Shown here in pieces: positions 56,924-63,900 of a stretch of DNA of 63,900 bases. The stretch comes from a virus (lineage: Duplodnaviria > Caudoviricetes), in the IMG/VR virus record IMGVR_UViG_3300020469_000046, positions 1 to 63,900 of that record; one strand, written 5' to 3'. The stretch's first letter is position 1. Each line of letters begins with the position of its first letter. The notes under the pieces are model-generated. The model was given only the letters and a program-made list of their open reading frames with translations, had not been told where the DNA came from and did not search any database. Both the position numbers and the translations under genes were made by a program.

Positions 56924-59689
56924 ATGGCACGACTAGTTAGCGGTAGAGTTGGTGTAGCATCAACTGGGCAATTAGATCCCAATAGATCCCAATATTTAAC
57001 ATTATCTCAGGCAGAACCAAATCTGGGGAATCCTCCTATTGATGCAGGTTATCTTTTAACTTCAGATACTCGCGGTACTAGATCTTGGACTCTAGGATTA
57101 CAAGGACCTCAAGGTATCCAGGGTGTTCAAGGACGCCAAGGTATTCAAGGTCTTCAAGGAATACAAGGTTCTCAAGGATTGCAGGGTATTCAAGGCATCC
57201 AAGGTATTCAAGGAATTCAAGGTATTCAAGGAATTCAAGGAATACAGGGTACTACTGGCGCTCAAGGTGCTGAAGGAGCGCAAGGTATTCAGGGCACTGA
57301 TGGTGTTCAAGGAACTGATGGTCTTCAAGGTACTGATGGAACATCTGTTACTATTGTTGGTATTGCAACAGATGTTCAAGATGAATATCCAGATCCAACA
57401 ACTGGACCAAATGGTCCAAATGATCCAGATGGTTATCTAAATTATAATTTCCCAAGTTCATCTGCTGGAGATGGCGTATTAAACAATGTAGATGGGCACT
57501 TATGGGTTTCTGATGGTGCTGCAACTGCTGACTGGGTTGATGTTGGTGAAATTAGAGGTCCTCAGGGTCTCCAAGGTATTCAAGGAACTTTTGGTCCACA
57601 AGGAATTCAAGGTATTCAAGGAGTTCAAGGAATTCAGGGTGCTGTTGGACCTCAAGGTATTCAAGGAAACCAAGGTGTTCAAGGAACTGATGGTATACAG
57701 GGTCTTCAAGGAACACAAGGTATTAATGGTGCCCAAGGAATTCAAGGTGTTATTGGTATCCAAGGCACAGAAGCAGCTTTAAATGGACATTCTTTTGCAT
57801 ATCTATATCTCAATGATATAAGTGATACAGATCCTGGACAAGGAGTTGTAAAATTTAATGCTTTAAATATGAACGATGTTACAGGAATGTTCATCGATGA
57901 TATAACTCAAGATTCCACTGATATTCAAGACTGGTTAAGAAATGAAGTTGGAAAATCAACTAATCCAGGTAATCCTTCAGATTTAACCATATTCAAAAAA
58001 GGTGACCCTTCTGTATTCTTTAGTTTTGCAGTCACTCAAACTCCAGTAGAAAGAATTGGATATTTTGCAGTTAATTTAACCCCATCGTTTGTAGGAATAA
58101 CATCTACACTTACAAGTGGAGACGATCTTATATTATCATTCACAATTATAGGTGATCAAGGTGAACAAGGGATTCAGGGTATTCAAGGTCTTCAAGGTGC
58201 CATTGGACCTCAAGGAATTCAAGGTATTCAGGGTACACAAGGTCTTCAAGGTATACAAGGTATTCAAGGATTACAGGGCATTAGTGGAACTTTAGGTTCT
58301 CAGGGTATTCAGGGTATCCAAGGAATGCAGGGCACTACTGGTGCTCAAGGAACTAATGGTGTACAAGGTATTCAAGGAACACAAGGACGCCAAGGACTCA
58401 CGGGTATTCAAGGTTCAAACGGTTTCCAAGGTATTCAAGGAACCCAAGGTATCCAAGGTATTCAAGGTATTGCCGGAGAAGATGGTGGAGATGGTGTACA
58501 AGGAATCCAAGGATTACAGGGTATTCAAGGAATACAGGGAATTACTGGAACCATTGGTGGTCAAGGTATTCAAGGAACCCAAGGTCTTCAAGGACTTCAA
58601 GGTATCCAAGGAAACCAAGGTCTCCAAGGTACAGGTGGAGGTACTGGTATCCAGGGTATCCAAGGACGCCAAGGAATTACTGGTGCCCAAGGTATCCAAG
58701 GAATTCAAGGAATTAGTGGAGGTTCTGGTATCCAGGGTATCCAAGGTATTCAAGGACGCCAAGGACTCCAAGGAATTCAAGGAACTAGTGGTGCCCAAGG
58801 TGTTCAAGGACGCCAAGGTATCCAAGGCCGCCAGGGTCTTAGAGGACAACAAGGCATCCAAGGACGCCAGGGTATTCAAGGATTAAGAGGAATCCAAGGA
58901 TTACAGGGTATCCAAGGTCGTCAAGGTCTTCAAGGAGCAACAGGATCACAGGGTACTACCGGCGCAGGGGGAGGTATTGGTGGTCAAGGTATCCAGGGTA
59001 TCCAAGGACGCCAAGGAACCAAAGGAAATACTGGTAATCAAGGAACTACTGGAAATAATGGTACTCAAGGAACCAAAGGAAATACTGGTAATCAAGGAAC
59101 TACTGGATCACCTGGAGGTGGTGGTAGTCAAGGAATACAAGGACGCCAAGGAACCAAAGGAAATACTGGTAATCAAGGAACTACTGGTACTGGTATTCAA
59201 GGACCTGCTGGAGGTACTGGTGGATTCAGTGGTACATTCACTGTTAATCAATGGTTTAATTCTTCTGATGGTAAAAATAGACTTTACTTCGCAAATAACT
59301 CACATACTTACATTAAATCAGCTGATAACATCTACTTCAGAACAGAAAATTCCGATACGAATGTAATTACAATATCTAACGATGACCTAACGGTTAATGG
59401 TGACATCAACACTAGTTCTGACGTTAGATTAAAGAAAAATATAACTGCGCTTGAAAATAGTCTCGAAAAGATTATATCTATGAGAGGAACTGAATATGAT
59501 AGAGTTGATATCAATAATAGACATGAAATTGGTTTAATTGCACAAGAAGTTGAATCTATTGTTCCTGAACTTGTATCTACTGATGAAGAAGGAATGAAAT
59601 CAGTTTCTTATAGTAGAATAGTTGCAATTCTAATCGAAGCAGTTAAAGAACTAACTGCTAGAATCAAAAAATTAGAATCAGATTCATAG
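56924..59689 (+). CDS. Long collagen-like fibre with peptidase S74 chaperone
   Basis: Several hundred residues of Gly-X-Gln triplets; [10 protein letters not shown]...[11 protein letters not shown]. Confidence 0.82.
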   Translation: MARLVSGRVGVASTGQLDPNRSQYLTLSQAEPNLGNPPIDAGYLLTSDTRGTRSWTLGLQGPQGIQGVQGRQGIQGLQGIQGSQGLQGIQGIQGIQGIQGIQGIQGIQGTTGAQGAEGAQGIQGTDGVQGTDGLQGTDGTSVTIVGIATDVQDEYPDPTTGPNGPNDPDGYLNYNFPSSSAGDGVLNNVDGHLWVSDGAATADWVDVGEIRGPQGLQGIQGTFGPQGIQGIQGVQGIQGAVGPQGIQGNQGVQGTDGIQGLQGTQGINGAQGIQGVIGIQGTEAALNGHSFAYLYLNDISDTDPGQGVVKFNALNMNDVTGMFIDDITQDSTDIQDWLRNEVGKSTNPGNPSDLTIFKKGDPSVFFSFAVTQTPVERIGYFAVNLTPSFVGITSTLTSGDDLILSFTIIGDQGEQGIQGIQGLQGAIGPQGIQGIQGTQGLQGIQGIQGLQGISGTLGSQGIQGIQGMQGTTGAQGTNGVQGIQGTQGRQGLTGIQGSNGFQGIQGTQGIQGIQGIAGEDGGDGVQGIQGLQGIQGIQGITGTIGGQGIQGTQGLQGLQGIQGNQGLQGTGGGTGIQGIQGRQGITGAQGIQGIQGISGGSGIQGIQGIQGRQGLQGIQGTSGAQGVQGRQGIQGRQGLRGQQGIQGRQGIQGLRGIQGLQGIQGRQGLQGATGSQGTTGAGGGIGGQGIQGIQGRQGTKGNTGNQGTTGNNGTQGTKGNTGNQGTTGSPGGGGSQGIQGRQGTKGNTGNQGTTGTGIQGPAGGTGGFSGTFTVNQWFNSSDGKNRLYFANNSHTYIKSADNIYFRTENSDTNVITISNDDLTVNGDINTSSDVRLKKNITALENSLEKIISMRGTEYDRVDINNRHEIGLIAQEVESIVPELVSTDEEGMKSVSYSRIVAILIEAVKELTARIKKLESDS

Positions 59690-59709
59690 TTAGCAGCGAT
59701 AAAATTTAT

Positions 59710-60273
59710 TTACCTATACCATCCGACCATTGTAATGCGTCTTCCGCTTTTCATTGGTCGGACTCTATGGTAAGTATCTGAAGGAAAAACAATAAAATCT
59801 CCATAATCAAACTTTATTGTATACACCTCATTATTACTTTTCTTACGAATATCAAACTCTGCTCCACCGTAATTAGTTTTCTTACTCAAGCAGTAAACAA
59901 TTGACAATCTTCTATCAGAACAATCTCCTTGAAAGTTGTCAATATGCCAACCATAATGATGACCCTCCCCAGAGTATAACGTATACTGTATATCAGCATC
60001 CCACTCATTATCAAGTGGCATTTTCCATATCATCTCATTCACATTCCAAAGAATTTTTTTCAATCCAATTTCAATAAAATTAGACTTTTGAACATTTATC
60101 CAAGACACTGAACATTTTCTATCATAATGTCTTGGTAGGTCTTCATGACCAACCGTTGCTTCCTCTAAGTCTAATTTTTGTATTGGACAGGCATTTAATA
60201 TCTCTTCTGTTGCTTCAGGAGATCCTAAATTACCGATAAAAAAATCTTCAGTTTGAATTCTTTTAGGTCTCAT
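59710..60273 (-). CDS. 2OG-Fe(II) oxygenase (PKHD/prolyl-hydroxylase-like)
   Basis: HxD (WHID), distal H (YHRV), R in GRRITMVGW; FPS motif. Confidence 0.9.
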   Translation of the reverse strand: MRPKRIQTEDFFIGNLGSPEATEEILNACPIQKLDLEEATVGHEDLPRHYDRKCSVSWINVQKSNFIEIGLKKILWNVNEMIWKMPLDNEWDADIQYTLYSGEGHHYGWHIDNFQGDCSDRRLSIVYCLSKKTNYGGAEFDIRKKSNNEVYTIKFDYGDFIVFPSDTYHRVRPMKSGRRITMVGWYR

Positions 60274-60292
60274 ATTTTACAAACACTTTCGA

Positions 60293-60364
60293 CTCCCCTT
60301 CCTGGGATCGAACCAGGGACATATCGGTTAACAGCCGATCGTTCTACCGCTGAACTAAAGAGGA
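60293..60364 (-). tRNA. trnN: tRNA-Asn (GTT), CCA not encoded
   Basis: TCCTCTTTAGTTCAGCGGTAGAACGATCGGCTGTTAACCGATATGTCCCTGGTTCGATCCCAGGAAGGGGAG folds into a cloverleaf. Confidence 0.93.
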
Positions 60365-60418
60365 ATATAGGTCTTACACTGCGAATCAGTCTCCCAATCC
60401 CTTGTTGCCTATGAATAA

Positions 60419-60447
60419 AGCATAACACTGTTCAATTATTTCGTCAA
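60419..60447 (-). promoter_or_regulatory. Promoter for tRNA-Asn and the 2OG oxygenase
   Basis: TTGACG-17 nt-TATGCT on the minus strand. Confidence 0.55.
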
Positions 60448-60959
60448 GCCCCAGACTCAAAATAAAACTGTTTCCACTCCTTAATCGTTGTCTTTTCAAT
60501 ATCCAAAAGAACTCGATTAAACGGTGGTTTTGGTTTTTTTCTAAGTTTCATGTTAGTCTCATGCAATAATTTATCACCTTTTTTAACATTACAAGTTGCA
60601 CATGCAGCAACTACGTTATCCCAAGTATCTTTTCCACCTTTAGATCTGGGAATTACATGATCAATGGTTAATTTCTTTTTATTTCCACAATACTGGCATT
60701 CATAATCATCACGTTTGTAAATCAGTTGTCTTGATGGATTTTTTTCATTTTGATTAGAGAATGGTATCCTTACGTAATTAACTAATTTTATTACTCTATT
60801 AGAAATTTTTTTTGCTTTCTCTTTAAAAATTAAAACTATTGCTCTTTTCCAATTTGTAAAGTGTAGAGGTTCATAAGTACTATTTAAAACCAGTATAGTT
60901 GAGTAGGTCTGAGTATACTCCATACTATCCATTAGGTTGAAATTATTTAGCAGGACCAT
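60444..60959 (-). CDS. HNH endonuclease; likely start about 60923
   Basis: LVLNSTYEPL...RD.Y.CQYCG...LTIDHVIPRSKGG..TWDNVV.AC..CN..KG. Confidence 0.92.
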   Translation of the reverse strand: MVLLNNFNLMDSMEYTQTYSTILVLNSTYEPLHFTNWKRAIVLIFKEKAKKISNRVIKLVNYVRIPFSNQNEKNPSRQLIYKRDDYECQYCGNKKKLTIDHVIPRSKGGKDTWDNVVAACATCNVKKGDKLLHETNMKLRKKPKPPFNRVLLDIEKTTIKEWKQFYFESGA

Positions 60960-61053
60960 TGATACTTAGTAGTTATCAACCTTGACAAGGCAAATTTTAT
61001 CTGTATTATGATTTTATGTCAACTCTAGACAATTTTGAAACTGTCCACTATAG

Positions 61054-62349
61054 TTGCCAGACCCAAGGTTTATCCACTATAATATTTTTATTGATATGAA
61101 AGCCATGCAACTTCGCTCTCATCAAGTCGAAGCAACTCAGCAGATGCATCAGAATGATCGTGGCATTGTAGTTGCTCCGACTGGTGCTGGTAAGTCTTTC
61201 ATGCAAGTCAAGTATGCTATGGACTTGTTTGAAGGATCACCTGGAAAAACTGTAGTTGTCGTTGCTCCTCGTATTCTTCTGGCATCTCAACTTTGTGAAG
61301 ACTTCCTGAAGTTTGTAGACAGGAAGAATACTCATGTGATGCACGTTCATACTGGAGAAACTAATCATTTCTCTTCCACTAAACCAGAGAAGATTCATCT
61401 TTTCACAAATGTTGCTCGTACTGCTGGTGAAAATGTAATCATCTTTTCTACTTATCACTCCCTGCATCGTATTTTGCAGGCAGATATTGAAATCAATTGT
61501 GTTTTGTTTGATGAGGCACATAATGCTACTAAGAGAAACTTTTATCGTTCTGTAGAACCTGTTGTTGAGATCGCAGAGAAAGCATTTTTCTTTACTGCAA
61601 CACCAAAATATTCAAATGTTTATAACAAACCAGGAATGAACTGGGTAGAGACGTTTGGTAAGATCATTTACAATGTTTCAGCGCCAAATCTTATTAGGAA
61701 TGGATCTATTCTCCCTCCTAAAGTTAAGGTCATGAAAATCAATGCTGTTCGTGATAGACAAGACAATCCAGCAGAACGTGACTGCATGACTCTTCTTGAC
61801 TCTATTGTTAATGAAGATCATATGGAGAAGGTTCTGGTGTGTTCTCCTAACACTAAAGTTTTGATTCGGATGCTTGCTGAAACTGACTTCATGGAAGAGG
61901 TTCAGTCTCATGGTTATGATGTGTTTTGGATCACTGCAAAGTATGGTGCATTCTTCAATAATCAGAAAATTGGTAGAGAAAAGTTCTTTGACATGATCTC
62001 TGAGTATGGAAAGGATGATACCAAAAAGTTTATCGTCCTCCACTACAGTATCTTGTCTGAAGGAATCTCTGTTCCAGGACTGACCAGTTGTATCATGATG
62101 CGTCAAATGAATGTCATTGAGATGACACAATCTGTTGGTCGGGTTCTTCGGTTACACTATGATGACATCAAAAGCATCGAGTCTGGACAAATCACCCCTG
62201 GTGATGTAGAATCTTATCGAAAATCATTTGGTCTTGTCCACTTGCCTGTATACAATAATGTAGGTATTGCAACTGTTCGACGTTTAGAGTCCATTGTCCA
62301 CACAATTTTTGAGGAAGGACAACCTGCTATTTCTGTAATCAACAAGTAA
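61054..62349 (+). CDS. SF2 (DEAH) helicase, ResIII-like; likely start 61096
   Basis: LR.HQ, APTGAGKS, DEAH, TAT, LSEGI, QSVGRVLR; TTGCCA-18 nt-TATAAT at 61054-61083. Confidence 0.88.
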   Translation: MPDPRFIHYNIFIDMKAMQLRSHQVEATQQMHQNDRGIVVAPTGAGKSFMQVKYAMDLFEGSPGKTVVVVAPRILLASQLCEDFLKFVDRKNTHVMHVHTGETNHFSSTKPEKIHLFTNVARTAGENVIIFSTYHSLHRILQADIEINCVLFDEAHNATKRNFYRSVEPVVEIAEKAFFFTATPKYSNVYNKPGMNWVETFGKIIYNVSAPNLIRNGSILPPKVKVMKINAVRDRQDNPAERDCMTLLDSIVNEDHMEKVLVCSPNTKVLIRMLAETDFMEEVQSHGYDVFWITAKYGAFFNNQKIGREKFFDMISEYGKDDTKKFIVLHYSILSEGISVPGLTSCIMMRQMNVIEMTQSVGRVLRLHYDDIKSIESGQITPGDVESYRKSFGLVHLPVYNNVGIATVRRLESIVHTIFEEGQPAISVINK

Positions 62350-62354
62350 TTCTC

Positions 62355-62924
62355 ATGAGCGATCTGAATTTTAACGAACTTCAAAAAAGAATCCTTCAAG
62401 TAAAACTTGAAGAAGAACAAACAGTTTCCTTTACTCGGGACTTTATTGAATGTCTACTGACAAGACATGATCTAAAGGACATGTTGGAACATGAGTATGA
62501 TGATGTTCCACAAGAAATCATGAAGTATATTCGGAAAGGAGAAGTTCCTCCTAAAGAAGTATTAGAAGTTCTTGATGCTGATGATCAAGACTTCTTACTA
62601 AAGGATTTTATCTTCATGTGCGGAATGGGTGCGATTTCTTATTATTCTGATCATAACCCAACTTATCAAGACATGGATCCTAAACCATTTGATAACATTA
62701 TTAAGATGTGTGACCTGTCTCCTGGACATAATACAGCATCGTATATTGTTGCTGCATTAGCATTACTTTTATCAGATATTCCTGCACAGGATATGACAGA
62801 AGCATTGACTAATGGTTTTGATTCTAGCGAAGAACAGGTTGAAAAAAATGTTCTTTTGTTTAATGAATTATGCGTTTCTATCTTGAAACGATACATGGAA
62901 GACAAAGCCTACTATTTTAATTGA
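62355..62924 (+). CDS. Hypothetical protein
   Basis: 189-aa ORF in an operon with the helicase. Confidence 0.6.
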   Translation: MSDLNFNELQKRILQVKLEEEQTVSFTRDFIECLLTRHDLKDMLEHEYDDVPQEIMKYIRKGEVPPKEVLEVLDADDQDFLLKDFIFMCGMGAISYYSDHNPTYQDMDPKPFDNIIKMCDLSPGHNTASYIVAALALLLSDIPAQDMTEALTNGFDSSEEQVEKNVLLFNELCVSILKRYMEDKAYYFN

Positions 62925-63124
62925 TTATGCAACGTAAAAAATTCATCTGTGTCTCACCAAAATCCAACATTGCAAGGCAAAGGTTTATTAATGAAATGGA
63001 TAGTTTTCATTCATGTTTAGTTGAAAATGAAACTTGTAATGAATATTATCTTTCCTCATTAAATAAAGAGTACTATTTTATTCTTCCTAAAAAAGAAGAC
63101 AAACACTGGAAAATTCATAGGTAA
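62921..63124 (+). CDS. Conserved cyanophage hypothetical protein; likely start 62927
   Basis: V.PKS..A..RF.N.M...H.C.VE...L.S.N..Y.F...D.HW. Confidence 0.6.
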   Translation: MIMQRKKFICVSPKSNIARQRFINEMDSFHSCLVENETCNEYYLSSLNKEYYFILPKKEDKHWKIHR

Positions 63125-63128
63125 ATGC

Positions 63129-63281
63129 ATGAAGATGTGGGAGACAAAATGTGATAGTTGTGGTAAGATGACCCCAGCGAATAAAACACCTCAGTTAGGA
63201 CATCAAGCACCTGATGGTAGTTGGACAAATTCGTTATGTAAACCTTGCTGGTTGAAAAAACAAAATCTATTATGGAAGTAA
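63129..63281 (+). CDS. Small zinc-finger protein (not in ORF track)
   Basis: Own translation: MKMWETKCDSCGKMTPANKTPQLGHQAPDGSWTNSLCKPCWLKKQNLLWK*; two CxxC motifs. Confidence 0.6.
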   Translation: MKMWETKCDSCGKMTPANKTPQLGHQAPDGSWTNSLCKPCWLKKQNLLWK

Positions 63282-63900
63282 TTACAGAAGGAAAAGTAAA
63301 AACGGTATACGCAGGTGATGATGCTGAACGTGTCATCATTGAGTATCACGACAAAGTAACTGCTGGCAACGGTGAGATGGTTGATCATCCACTAGGTAAA
63401 GGTTCTCTTTGTTGTAGTATCTCATCTATAATCTTTGAGAAACTTTCCAAAGAACATATCCCAACCCATTATATTAATATGGTGGGTGCTAATAAGATGA
63501 TCTGTAAGAAAGTAGATATTGTACCATTAGAAGTTATCTGTAGGAATCGTGCTGCTGGGTCTATTGTTCGTGAGACAACTCTTAAAGAAGGAGCACCACT
63601 ACCACATCCCATTGTAGAATTCTTTCTGAAGGATGATAGCAAGCATGATCCTCTGCTCACACCTGATCGTGTGAAATTAATGGGGTATGATCCAGAACCT
63701 TTCATTGAGATGACACTACGGATTAATGATTATCTCCGACAGATGTTCTACATCTTGGGTATTGACCTTGTAGATTTTAAGGTTGAGTATGGTTATGATG
63801 CTCATGGAGATTTGTACCTTGCAGATGAGATTAGTCCTGATAGTATGAGACTATGGAAGATTGGTAGTGATGAGAGATTTGATAAGGATTTGTTCAGAAA
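63272..63900 (+). CDS. purC: SAICAR synthetase, 3' end outside window
   Basis: Own translation: MEVITEGKVKTVY...D.VTAGNG...IPTHY...PLEVICRNRAAGS...KDD..HDP...LVDFKVEYG...LADEISPDSMRLW...FDKDLFR. Confidence 0.93.
   Translation, partial: MEVITEGKVKTVYAGDDAERVIIEYHDKVTAGNGEMVDHPLGKGSLCCSISSIIFEKLSKEHIPTHYINMVGANKMICKKVDIVPLEVICRNRAAGSIVRETTLKEGAPLPHPIVEFFLKDDSKHDPLLTPDRVKLMGYDPEPFIEMTLRINDYLRQMFYILGIDLVDFKVEYGYDAHGDLYLADEISPDSMRLWKIGSDERFDKDLFR

Noticed and set aside
57100-59220. CRISPR-like appearance of repeated 9-18-mers
   Set aside because: No constant repeat with unique spacers; these are degenerate coding triplets and no cas genes are present.
57085-59366. Many overlapping ORFs with VFKVFK, LNTLNT or LEYLEH repeats (also at 30346, 42038-42739 and 47178-47982)
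   Set aside because: Alternative-frame and antisense shadows of the CAAGGTATT collagen codons, which lack stops in several frames.
61054-62349. Type III restriction enzyme Res subunit
   Set aside because: Helicase motifs only; no nuclease domain or mod gene is visible nearby.
63115-63705. Three minus-strand ORFs at the right end
   Set aside because: Antisense to purC, which has clear motifs on the plus strand.

Overview
A 63.9 kb AT-rich segment of a T4-like cyanobacterial myovirus (Kyanoviridae-like), almost all on the + strand. The left part (1-12.3 kb) holds accessory and replication genes: talC, two glutaredoxin-fold genes, speD, thyX, phoH, an exonuclease, gp33, gp59 and gp32. The middle (12.3-30 kb) is the baseplate module: gp53, gp48, gp4, gp54-like, gp26, gp51, two tape-measure/hub-like proteins with peptidoglycan hydrolase domains, gp27-like, cp12 and gp5-like. 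From 30-59.7 kb is a large fibre island with Gly-X-Gln collagen repeats, S74 chaperones, LamG, beta-helix and cupredoxin-like modules, and an esterase. The right end has a 2OG-Fe(II) oxygenase, tRNA-Asn, an HNH gene, an SF2 helicase and a partial purC. Best candidates for undescribed biology: (1) a self-contained cassette pairing a type II restriction-endonuclease-like ORF with a Mom-family DNA-modification enzyme in place of a methyltransferase; (2) an interlocked double glutamine-riboswitch-like RNA with a 53-codon ORF inside one aptamer, upstream of a DUF4278 gene; (3) a -1 slippery site that would fuse gp26 to gp51. All calls come from reading motifs and gene order by eye; no database searches were run.
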